In this document: one piece after another, positions 18,087 through 26,437 of the stretch
Layout: each line of letters opens with the position of its first letter
Numbering within the stretch: position 1 is the first letter of the stretch
Assembly (NCBI GenBank): GCA_963577685.1
Contig: CAUZAE010000001.1
Span: 1 to 51,631 of the forward strand
Direction of reading: 5' to 3'
Length of the DNA stretch: 51,631 nucleotides
Source of the DNA: Gemmatimonadales bacterium UBA6960
GTDB lineage: Bacteria > Gemmatimonadota > Gemmatimonadetes > Longimicrobiales > Gaopeijiaceae
Program-made: the position numbers and the translations under genes
The notes under the pieces: generated by a model
Database searches by the model: none
Told to the model about the DNA's origin: nothing
What the model saw: only the letters and a program-made list of their open reading frames with translations

Positions 18087-18388
18087 TGGGTCTCCCTCAT
18101 GCCGTTCACTTGGCCTCCCTCGACCGGGCGTAATCTTCCTCCAGTGACCTGGACGGAGACGGTGACAGTTCGACCGAACCTCGCGGCTCCGTGCAGATTG
18201 AGCCACAGATCGAACCGTTCACTGAGCCTCAGGACTCTATAGAAAAACCGTCGCTGGCCATGCCGCTTGAAGACGAGATCGGCCACGAACGACACGGTGA
18301 ACACCATACCGTCCTTCATCCCATTGATTAGCAGCTTGAGCTGGAAAATTGCGAAATCTCGACACGAGACTTTAAGGTTCGGATCCAT
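18083..18388 (-). CDS. small hypothetical (possibly membrane-associated) protein, first gene of the ferritin/ABC operon
   Basis: ATG at 18388 is preceded by GGAGG (inside ATGGAGGCGACGATG). Its stop overlaps the ferritin GTG (GTGA, 18083-18086). Hydrophobic segment FAIFQLKLLINGMKDGMVFTVSFVADLVF. No family recognised. Confidence 0.5.
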   Translation of the reverse strand: MDPNLKVSCRDFAIFQLKLLINGMKDGMVFTVSFVADLVFKRHGQRRFFYRVLRLSERFDLWLNLHGAARFGRTVTVSVQVTGGRLRPVEGGQVNGMRETQ

Positions 18389-18624
18389 CGTCGCCTCCAT
18401 AACCCTCTATGGTGTGAATGCGTTGGTCGCTCGTGACCCTACGAATCTATCGGACCGCTTGCTTCGTGTCAGCCGATGGCCCGGTGCGGGGAGGTCTCGG
18501 AAGGACCTTTCCCAAGCCGCGAACGTACGGGTACTTTCCTCCCCGGGTGCGGGAGTCGTAGGTTCTCGCCCACCCCATCCCGGGCGTAGGAAGGCAACAA
18601 AGCCAACACGAATCGGAGTGCAAG

Positions 18625-19527
18625 GTGAGGGCATTATTATTCTCTGTTAGTGCCGTCGCGCTCGCCTTCCTCACGACCGCTCCCGGTCCGTGGCACGAAG
18701 GCTCTAGCGAGGAACGCGTGCCGAACGCGGACGCACGGCTCGAACACGCCCCCTTCCTGGGTCCGGTGGCCGCCTCCGAGGCCCTGGGGCTGCGTGGGCT
18801 GAGCGCGGCTGCGGACGGTGCCACTGCTCCGACTGCAGCTGCCCAGGAGGCAAGGGGAGTTCCGCGGGAATTCTACTTCACACGAGCGGCATACTCGGGC
18901 GGCGGGAGAGGGTTCAGGCGTAGGCAAGGTTGGAGCACGGACTACCCGAAGGCCGATCAGATCTTCCTCTCCTTCATTGACCGTCTGCTCTCGAATCTCG
19001 ACGCCTATGAACGGGAGCACCCGATTCGCTTGGACGATCCGGAGGTCAGGCGCTTTCCTTACCTGTACGCCCTCGAAGTCGGTGGCATGTACCTCACGCA
19101 GCCCGAAATCGACGGACTCCGAGACTACCTCCTCGCCGGAGGCTTTCTGGTCATCGACGACTTCTGGGGCTCGCGCGAGTGGGCCAACTTCGAGTACCAA
19201 ATACAGTTGGTGCTCCCCGGCTACGAGATCGTCGACTTGCCCCTCGACCATCCGATCTTCACGACCTTTTACGAGATCGACGAGATCATGCAGATCCCCA
19301 ACGTCAATCAGGGGGTTCGCGGAGGGCCAACACACGAGCGCGACGGGTACGTGCCCATGGTCAAAGGAATCCACGACGAGAACGGCCGCCTCATGGTGGT
19401 CATCAACTGGAACACCGACCTCGGCGACGCTTGGGAGTGGGCAGACGACCCCTACTACCCGATCAAGTACTCGACTTATGCCTACGAGATGGGCGTAAAC
19501 ATGATCGTCTACGCGATGAGTCACTGA
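18625..19527 (+). CDS. DUF4159-like secreted protein (paralog 1)
   Basis: Signal-like N-terminus MRALLFSVSAVALAFLTTAP. Core STDYPKADQIFL...RFPYLYALEVGGMYLTQPEIDGLRDYLLAGGFLVIDDFWG...DHPIF...VNMIVYAMSH is clearly alignable to the protein at 25583-26401. Confidence 0.8.
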   Translation: MRALLFSVSAVALAFLTTAPGPWHEGSSEERVPNADARLEHAPFLGPVAASEALGLRGLSAAADGATAPTAAAQEARGVPREFYFTRAAYSGGGRGFRRRQGWSTDYPKADQIFLSFIDRLLSNLDAYEREHPIRLDDPEVRRFPYLYALEVGGMYLTQPEIDGLRDYLLAGGFLVIDDFWGSREWANFEYQIQLVLPGYEIVDLPLDHPIFTTFYEIDEIMQIPNVNQGVRGGPTHERDGYVPMVKGIHDENGRLMVVINWNTDLGDAWEWADDPYYPIKYSTYAYEMGVNMIVYAMSH

Positions 19528-19546
19528 TGGCCGGAGGAGCGCGCTG

Positions 19547-21838
19547 ATGCAGGCATTCATGGAATTCCTGTTCAAGTACAGGCTTCTTCTCTTTCAGGAG
19601 GGAGACTTCGCGTTCGAATCGCCCTGGCCCACGATGGTGGTCCTGGGTGTTGTCGCCGCCCTCGCCGTCCCCGCCATTTTGACGTACGGTGCGGCCCGCG
19701 GCGACACGCAGCCTCTTGATCGCATGGTCATGGCCGGCCTACGTCTCGGCGTCGTGGGCGTCCTCGTGTTCATCCTCTTCCAACCCATTCTCGTCCTCAC
19801 TTCGGTCGTCCCACAACGCAATTTCGTGGGAATCCTCATCGACGACTCGCAGAGCATGCGTATCACCGGGAACGACGGGCTCCCGAGAAGTGCTTTCATC
19901 GAGTCGACTTTCGGGAGCGAGGGGAGTGAGCTCATGAGTGCCCTCGCCGAGAAGTTCTCGCTCCGATTCTTCCGATTCAGTCGGGAGACGAGTCGCCTCG
20001 GGGACGTGTCGGAGCTTGAGTACGTCGGGACAGCCACCGAGCTCGGCGAAGCCATGGTCCGTGTGCAGGAGGAGCTCACGGGTGTGCCGTTGTCCGGCTT
20101 GATCGTCCTCTCCGACGGTGCAGACAACTCAGGCGAGCCCCTCGCCGAATCACTGCTTCCGCTCCAGGCCGCAAACATTCCGGTCTATACGGTGGGACTC
20201 GGCGACGAAGTTCTCTCGCCGGACGTGCAAGTCAGTCGCGTCGAGATCCCGCGGACGGTCTTGGTAGGGACGTCCCTCGTCGTGGACGTGATCGTCTCCC
20301 ATCGAGGCTACGCCGGCCGCACCGTCCCGCTCATCGTCGAAGACGGTGGGCAAGTCATCGCCACAGAGGACGTAGCGCTCGGAGAAGATGGCGAGCCGGT
20401 GGTCGCGCGTGTCCGGCTCGAGGTCGCGGAGAGCGGCCCTCGGCTCCTTAGCTTCCGGGTTCCGGTGCAGGACGGTGAGCCGGTGGAGCAAAACAACGCG
20501 CGTGAAGTTCTCATCGACGTCGCGGACGAGTCGGAGAAGATCCTCTACTTCGAAGGGGAGCCGCGCTGGGAATTGAAGTTCGTGCGGCGGGCGGTAGCCG
20601 ATGACGAAAACCTCCAGGTTGTCGTGTTGCAGCGGACGGCGGCGGGCAAGTTCCTCCGTCTCGAAGTAGATGACGCCGAGGAGTTGGCTGCAGGATTTCC
20701 CAAGACCCGGGAAGAGCTATTCAAGTACCGAGGCCTCGTCCTCGGCAGTGTCGAAGCGAGCTTCTTCACGCACGACCAACTGAACATGATCGTCGACTTC
20801 GTGTCGCAGCGCGGAGGTGGCCTGCTGCTGCTCGGGGGCCGCAATTCGTTCGCCCAAGGGGGCTACGAAGGCACATCCTTGGCCGAGGCGATGCCCGTCT
20901 TCTTGGACGACGAGCGCAACACTGAAGCAGGCACTTACTTCGACGAGCTCCTGGTGAGTCCGACCCGTACCGGTCTGACGCACCCGGCCACGCAGCTGGG
21001 ACGAGACGACAGCGAAGGCATCCGAGAGCTTTGGGAGTCGCTCCCTGCAGTGACGACACTGAACCCGATTACCCGGATCAAACCTGGCGCAACAAGCCTT
21101 TTGACCGGCGGAACGGATCAAGATCGGTCCCGGCAGATCGTCCTCGCGTACCATCGCTACGGCCGCGGCAAGGTGATCGCACTTCCGGTCCAGGACACCT
21201 GGATCTGGCAGATGCATGCAGACATTGCGCTCGAAGATCAGACACATGAGACCTTTTGGCGACAGCTCCTGCGCTGGCTGATCGACGGCGTACCCGACCC
21301 CGTCGGCGCCCAGAGCGAGAGTGAGGTCGTGGAGCCGGGCCAGGTCGTGAACCTCACGGTGGAAGTGGGTGACTCGGCGTATCTAGAGGTCAACGACGGA
21401 AGCGTGGTTGCCACGGTGCTAGGTCCCGCAGGCGATTCCATCACCGTCCCCCTCGACTGGGCGGTGGACGAGGACGGCCGCTACGACGGCACCTTCACGA
21501 CCACGCAGGCCGGCCTTTACGAAGTCTCCGTTCAGGCGTCGCGCGGAGCGGACACTCTGGGCACTGCCATCACTTTCATGAACGCCGCACCCTCCGTCGC
21601 CGAGTACTTCGACGCGAGCATGCGTGGGACCACACTCCGTCGTGTGGCCGAAGAAACGGGTGGACGGTTCTACACGCCCGAGACCATAGCCGACCTCCCG
21701 GAGGACATCAGCCTGACGGGAGCCGGTGTAACACTCACCGAGGAGCGAGACCTCTGGGACATGCCGATCCTCCTCATCCTGCTGCTGGGGTTGATGGGAG
21801 CCGAGTGGGGCTACCGTAGGACGAGAGGTCTCATATGA
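19547..21838 (+). CDS. membrane-anchored vWA-domain protein with GATase1-like (DUF1355-like) domain and C-terminal TM helix
   Basis: N-terminal TM helices. MIDAS-type VGILIDDSQSM and IVLSDGADNSG. KILYFEGEPRWELKFVRRA...GGGLLLLGG resembles class-I amidotransferase-like folds. C-terminal PILLILLLGLMGAEWGYRR. SD GGAGGAG lies upstream of the ATG. Confidence 0.8.
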   Translation: MQAFMEFLFKYRLLLFQEGDFAFESPWPTMVVLGVVAALAVPAILTYGAARGDTQPLDRMVMAGLRLGVVGVLVFILFQPILVLTSVVPQRNFVGILIDDSQSMRITGNDGLPRSAFIESTFGSEGSELMSALAEKFSLRFFRFSRETSRLGDVSELEYVGTATELGEAMVRVQEELTGVPLSGLIVLSDGADNSGEPLAESLLPLQAANIPVYTVGLGDEVLSPDVQVSRVEIPRTVLVGTSLVVDVIVSHRGYAGRTVPLIVEDGGQVIATEDVALGEDGEPVVARVRLEVAESGPRLLSFRVPVQDGEPVEQNNAREVLIDVADESEKILYFEGEPRWELKFVRRAVADDENLQVVVLQRTAAGKFLRLEVDDAEELAAGFPKTREELFKYRGLVLGSVEASFFTHDQLNMIVDFVSQRGGGLLLLGGRNSFAQGGYEGTSLAEAMPVFLDDERNTEAGTYFDELLVSPTRTGLTHPATQLGRDDSEGIRELWESLPAVTTLNPITRIKPGATSLLTGGTDQDRSRQIVLAYHRYGRGKVIALPVQDTWIWQMHADIALEDQTHETFWRQLLRWLIDGVPDPVGAQSESEVVEPGQVVNLTVEVGDSAYLEVNDGSVVATVLGPAGDSITVPLDWAVDEDGRYDGTFTTTQAGLYEVSVQASRGADTLGTAITFMNAAPSVAEYFDASMRGTTLRRVAEETGGRFYTPETIADLPEDISLTGAGVTLTEERDLWDMPILLILLLGLMGAEWGYRRTRGLI

Positions 21839-22860
21839 GGCCACATTTGATGCCACGTTGGTGGACCGCGATCCTCCGAATGGGGCTCGCCCTAGCACTC
21901 TCAACCACCGTCGGCGGCGTGTCACCCTCGGCCGCGCAAGAAACCCATGTGATCGTGATCTCGGGGTTGGGGGGCGACCCCGCCTACAGCCAACGGTTCG
22001 TGGAGTGGGGCGGCACGTTCGTGGCGGCGGCGGGTGAGCTCGGGATTCCCGAGGCCCGCATCGCCTTTCTCGCTGAGAGCCTGGACGGGGACTCGAAGAT
22101 CACTGAACGGTCGACCCGAGAGAATGTGGAGAAGGCATTCGCGAAGGTGGTGGACGAAGCAGGGGAGGGAGATCAGGTCTTCGTCGTTCTCATCGGGCAC
22201 GGCAGTTATGTGTCGGGAGAGTCCCGATTCAACCTTCCGGGCCCAGACATGACCGCCGAGGATTTCGAGCTGGTGCTCGACCAATTGTCAGATCAACGCG
22301 TGGCTTTCATCAATCTCACCAGTGCCAGCGGCGGGTTCGTGGGCGCCCTGTCCGGGCCCGGACGTATGATCGTCACCGCGACCAAGACTGGGATGGAGAG
22401 AAACGAGACGTCGTTCGGCGGCTACTTCGTCGAGGCCTTTGCTGGCGATGGGGCCGATCTGAACCGGGATGAGAGGGTGAGCCTGCTCGAGGCTTTCCAG
22501 TTTGCCCGGACCGAGGTCGCTCGGGAGTACGAAACCTCAAACCGCATCCTCACCGAGCACGCGTTGCTCGATGACAACGGAGATGGTGAAGGGAGTTCCG
22601 AGGTGGAGGACGGCCCCGACGGTAGGACCGCCCGGGCCATGTTCCTCGCGCCTGACAAAACGCGGGCGGCGGCCATGGCAACGGACGACCCCGTTCTGCG
22701 GGCCCTCTACGAGGTGAAGGCCGACCTGGAGCGGCGCCTCGAGGAGCTTCGAGCCATTCGAGAACAGATGGAAGAGAACCGCTACGAGCGTGAGTTGGAG
22801 GACCTCCTGGTGGAGCTGGCTCTGAACAACCGGGAAATCCGAGCCCTGGGCGGCGGTTGA
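21835..22860 (+). CDS. secreted caspase/legumain (peptidase C13)-fold-like protein with C-terminal coiled coil
   Basis: ATGA overlap with the upstream gene and a signal-like N-terminus. VFVVLIGHGSY (His-Gly dyad context) and VAFINLTSASGGF sit where C13/caspase-like proteins carry xxxACxSG. The fold assignment is tentative. Confidence 0.6.
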   Translation: MRPHLMPRWWTAILRMGLALALSTTVGGVSPSAAQETHVIVISGLGGDPAYSQRFVEWGGTFVAAAGELGIPEARIAFLAESLDGDSKITERSTRENVEKAFAKVVDEAGEGDQVFVVLIGHGSYVSGESRFNLPGPDMTAEDFELVLDQLSDQRVAFINLTSASGGFVGALSGPGRMIVTATKTGMERNETSFGGYFVEAFAGDGADLNRDERVSLLEAFQFARTEVAREYETSNRILTEHALLDDNGDGEGSSEVEDGPDGRTARAMFLAPDKTRAAAMATDDPVLRALYEVKADLERRLEELRAIREQMEENRYERELEDLLVELALNNREIRALGGG

Positions 22861-25595
22861 GCATGAGACGGACCTCCCGGATCGTGGCGCGTGGGCTACT
22901 CATGGCCGTTGTCACTCATCTTGGAGTGCCCGGGGACTCGGACGCTCAGACGCTGGGGGAAGCGATCGCCCAGCTCCGCTCCGGATCGTACGACGAGGCG
23001 CTATCCGCGCTGAGAGAGATCGCCCTCGGGGACGAGTCCGACTCCGGGCGGAGCGCGGCATACGTGGCCTACATGGCAGCCCTGGCCGAGGTCGGTCGTT
23101 ACGACGATGCGCTCGACATGGGTACAGAGGCACCGGGCGGGATGTCTGTCGCCGTGGCGAACACGCTCGGCGAGATTCTCTACCAGGTGGGGCGTGTCGA
23201 AGAGGCGAGAGAGGCGTTTGCACGCTCGATCGACGGATCGGCGGGTGACCGACACTCAGCACGACTGAACCAGGCCATCGCCGAGTGGGACTATGGGGAC
23301 CGAGAGGTGGCGCTGGCTGACTTCGACACCTTCATCGACATCTACAACGGCGCTGAGACACTCTCTTCCGAAGACCTCGTGGCGGTGGCGACGGCCGTCC
23401 GTTATCTGGGAGTCCAGGACCACGAGTTGTACAAGGATGCCCTGCGAGCCTACGACGAAGCGCTCACCGCTGACCCGGGCGCCCTCGAGCCTCGCCTCCT
23501 GATCGGCGAGCTGTTCCTCGAGAAGTACAACGGCCCCGAAGCCGACGCGGCGATCAAGGAGGTGCTCGCGAGGAACCCCAACCATCCTCGGGCTCTCCTG
23601 GGACTTGCTCGGGCGATGGAGTTCAACGGGGCCCCCGGACTCATGGAACAGGTCGATAGAGCCCTCGAGAAAAACGGCAATCTCGTGGCCGGGCATGTCT
23701 TCAAAGCGAAGCTTCTCATGGGGCTCGAGAACCACGACGAGGCACGGGCCGAAATCAGCAAGGCCCTCGCCGTCAATCCCGCTTCTCTTGAAGCCCTGAG
23801 CGTTTTGGCCGCCAGTCACTACCTCGGAGGCGAAACAGGGCAATACGAGGGGATTCGCGACCAGGTCGGGGTGCTCAGTCCCGGATACCCAGGACTGTAC
23901 AACGACATCGCGGAGTTGAGTGTCCAGAGTCGTAAGTACAGGGAGGCGTCTCGGTTCGCTGCCGAGGCCATAGAGGTCGACGCACATTCTTGGAGAGCTT
24001 ATGGCATTCTCGGGATGAACCAGCTTCGGCTCGGGCAAATCGAGGAGGGATCGGCCAATCTGGAGACGGCATTCGAGGGAGACCCCTACAACGTCTGGTT
24101 CTTCAATACACTCGACCTGCTGGACACGTTCGAGAACTATGAGGTGAGCGATGACGACGAGCGTTTCCTCTTCGTACTGCACGATCGTGAGGCGGCGGTC
24201 CTGCGACCCTATGTCGAGCAGATCGCAGCGGAGGCGTACGAGGCGCTGAAGGAGCGCTACGGAGGGTATGAGCCCCCGCTCCCCATCCGGATCGAAGTGT
24301 ACCCGAGCCACGCCGATTTCTCAGTCCGAACGGTGGGGCTCGCGGGGATGGGCGCTCTCGGTGTCGCCTTTGGAAGTGTCCTCGCGATGGACTCTCCAGC
24401 GGCGCGCCCGCTAGGAGAGTTCAACTGGGCCTCGGTTCTGTGGCATGAGCTCGCCCACGTCTTCCACCTCGGGCTTACGGATCACCAGGTGCCCCGCTGG
24501 TTCTCGGAAGGCCTCGCGGTTCACGAGCAGCGACAGGCACGGGACGGTTGGGGACACCAAGCGTCGCCTGGCTTCCTCAACCGCTACCGAGAGGACCTCC
24601 TACTTCCGGCGAGCCAACTGAATGCCGGTTTCGTGCAGCCCAAGTATCCTGAGCAAGTCATCGACTCCTACCTCCAAGCCTCCCTCGTCTTCGACTTCAT
24701 TGAGACGCGGTGGGGATTTGGCCCGATCCTCGAGATGCTGCATGGCTACCGGAACGGTGAGACGACACCCGAGCTCGTTGACCGCCTTCTCGGAATGTCG
24801 ATGGAAGAACTCGACGAGAGCTACGACGAGTACTTCCAAGGCCGCTTTGGGAGTGCCATCGAGGCTCTCGCGGCTCCAGGTGCCAGTGTCGGCATCGTCG
24901 GGCAACCGCAAAGTGTGGAAGATTGGACTCGCATGGCCCGTGAGAACCCGGGGAATTTCCAGACCCGCCTCGCTCTCGGCGTCATGCTCTTCAACGAAGA
25001 CCGGCTCGACGACGCGGAAGAGCACCTCCGGGCTGCGATGCGGCTCTTCCCCGAATACGGAGGGCGCGACAGCCCTTACTGGTATCTCGCTCAGATCCAT
25101 CGGGAGCGTGGAGAGGCAGGACTGGCGGTTGCTGCGCTGCAGCGTCTCACAGCGCTAAACGAAAGCCACTACGAGGCCTTCCTCCAACTGGGGGAGCTCC
25201 AGGAAGGGTTGGGGGAGGCGGACGAGTCCGCCGCCGCATTAGACGCGGCGGTGCTCATCTACCCCTACGAGATCGAGCTTCATGAGAGATTGGCGGAGGC
25301 CCATACGGAGCGCGGTGACGCGACCGGCACCGTGCGGGAGCGGAGAGCCATCGTGGCTCTGGCACCCGCCGACCTCGCCGAGGCCCACTACGAACTGGCC
25401 CGCGCCTACCTGTCGGACGGTCGACCCGCGGACGCTCGCCGGGCGGTCCTGCGGGCGCTAGAAATCGCGCCGAGCTTCGAGGACGCCCTGGACCTGCTGC
25501 TCGAGGTGCGGCGCGGCGCCACCTCCGGCCCGAAAGACTCTACCGGCACCGACGAAGCGGTACCGGAGGGTGAGGAGACCCTATGCGCAGCATGA
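22857..25595 (+). CDS. TPR-repeat protein with central HExxH (peptidase MA-like) domain
   Basis: WHELAHVFH (HELAH codons 24444-24458) is followed by WFSEGLAVHEQ, a gluzincin-type third ligand candidate. It is flanked on both sides by TPR-like helical repeats. TTG 22857 overlaps the upstream stop; ATG 22863 is an alternative start. Confidence 0.85.
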   Translation: MSMRRTSRIVARGLLMAVVTHLGVPGDSDAQTLGEAIAQLRSGSYDEALSALREIALGDESDSGRSAAYVAYMAALAEVGRYDDALDMGTEAPGGMSVAVANTLGEILYQVGRVEEAREAFARSIDGSAGDRHSARLNQAIAEWDYGDREVALADFDTFIDIYNGAETLSSEDLVAVATAVRYLGVQDHELYKDALRAYDEALTADPGALEPRLLIGELFLEKYNGPEADAAIKEVLARNPNHPRALLGLARAMEFNGAPGLMEQVDRALEKNGNLVAGHVFKAKLLMGLENHDEARAEISKALAVNPASLEALSVLAASHYLGGETGQYEGIRDQVGVLSPGYPGLYNDIAELSVQSRKYREASRFAAEAIEVDAHSWRAYGILGMNQLRLGQIEEGSANLETAFEGDPYNVWFFNTLDLLDTFENYEVSDDDERFLFVLHDREAAVLRPYVEQIAAEAYEALKERYGGYEPPLPIRIEVYPSHADFSVRTVGLAGMGALGVAFGSVLAMDSPAARPLGEFNWASVLWHELAHVFHLGLTDHQVPRWFSEGLAVHEQRQARDGWGHQASPGFLNRYREDLLLPASQLNAGFVQPKYPEQVIDSYLQASLVFDFIETRWGFGPILEMLHGYRNGETTPELVDRLLGMSMEELDESYDEYFQGRFGSAIEALAAPGASVGIVGQPQSVEDWTRMARENPGNFQTRLALGVMLFNEDRLDDAEEHLRAAMRLFPEYGGRDSPYWYLAQIHRERGEAGLAVAALQRLTALNESHYEAFLQLGELQEGLGEADESAAALDAAVLIYPYEIELHERLAEAHTERGDATGTVRERRAIVALAPADLAEAHYELARAYLSDGRPADARRAVLRALEIAPSFEDALDLLLEVRRGATSGPKDSTGTDEAVPEGEETLCAA

Positions 25596-26401
25596 AGGTC
25601 CGCCCCGCCGGCGCGATCCTGCTTCTGGCCGCCGGGTCGATGTTGGCTGCGTCCGCCGCTCTCGCCAGGTTGTCCGTCCGCCGGGGCGACGGGAGTGTAG
25701 CGTCGATGAGGATCCAGGAAGGGAACACACCCTATGACGGCCGTTTCACTTTCGTTCGCCTCCGCTACGGGGCGGCGGGCCTGACCGGCCAGAGCTTCCG
25801 TGGACGTAGGGGTCGGGGTCGTGACCCCGGATGGGCTCACGATTACCCGAGGGCCGAGCGCAACTTCATGAACATCCTTCGGGAGACGACGCTTATTCAG
25901 CCCTATATGGACGGTGGAAACATCTTCGACATGAATGATCCGGAGCTCACGCGCTTTCCCCTAGCGTATCTCTCCGAGCCGGGGATGTGGTACCCTGCCG
26001 AGACCGAGGTCGAGGGCCTGCGGAACTACCTGCTGAAGGGTGGCTTCCTGATCGCGGACGATTTCAACGGGCGAGATTGGCTCAACTTCGACGAACAGAT
26101 GAAGAAGGTGATCCCAGGGGCCGAGTTCGTCGTCTTGGATGAAAGCCACGAGATCTTTGACTCGTTCTTTCGGATAGAGTCGCTCAAGAGCCTCGCGTCC
26201 CCTACGTTCCGGGTCGTGCCGCAATATCTCGGGCTTTTTGAGGATAACGACCCGGCCAAGCGACTCGTGGTGATCGCCAACTACAACAACGATATAGGGG
26301 AATATTGGGAGTTCTCAGACGTCGGCTGGTATCCGATCGACCTCTCGAACGAGGCGTATAAACTCGGCGTGAACTACGTCATCTACGCCATGACACACTG
26401 A
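25583..26401 (+). CDS. DUF4159-like secreted protein (paralog 2)
   Basis: AHDYPRAERNFM...RFPLAYLSEPGMWYPAETEVEGLRNYLLKGGFLIADDFNG...SHEIF...VNYVIYAMTH is colinear with 18625-19527. It overlaps the upstream stop, and ATG 25592 (ATGA) is an alternative start. Confidence 0.82.
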   Translation: MRSMKVRPAGAILLLAAGSMLAASAALARLSVRRGDGSVASMRIQEGNTPYDGRFTFVRLRYGAAGLTGQSFRGRRGRGRDPGWAHDYPRAERNFMNILRETTLIQPYMDGGNIFDMNDPELTRFPLAYLSEPGMWYPAETEVEGLRNYLLKGGFLIADDFNGRDWLNFDEQMKKVIPGAEFVVLDESHEIFDSFFRIESLKSLASPTFRVVPQYLGLFEDNDPAKRLVVIANYNNDIGEYWEFSDVGWYPIDLSNEAYKLGVNYVIYAMTH

Positions 26402-26437
26402 CTTTTCGGCCGCTCTGCGGCCTCGACGGAGCATTGA

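Noticed and set aside
23256-24311. 351-aa ORF on the minus strand, antisense to the TPR/HExxH gene. Similar long antisense ORFs occur at 18637-19575, 16583-17536, 39399-40337, 42770-43639, 43727-44509 and 9383-10165.
   Set aside because: They lie entirely inside well-supported genes on the other strand. Their composition is Arg/Gly/Pro/Val-rich and repetitive, with no recognisable motifs. This is typical of shadow ORFs in GC-rich DNA.
26408-26422. GGCCGC-tct-GCGGCC hairpin between the second DUF4159 gene and moxR, considered as an internal terminator.
   Set aside because: The stem is only 6 bp with a 3-nt loop and no U-tract. It is more likely an mRNA-processing or stability element, or chance. 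I do not consider it enough to split the operon.
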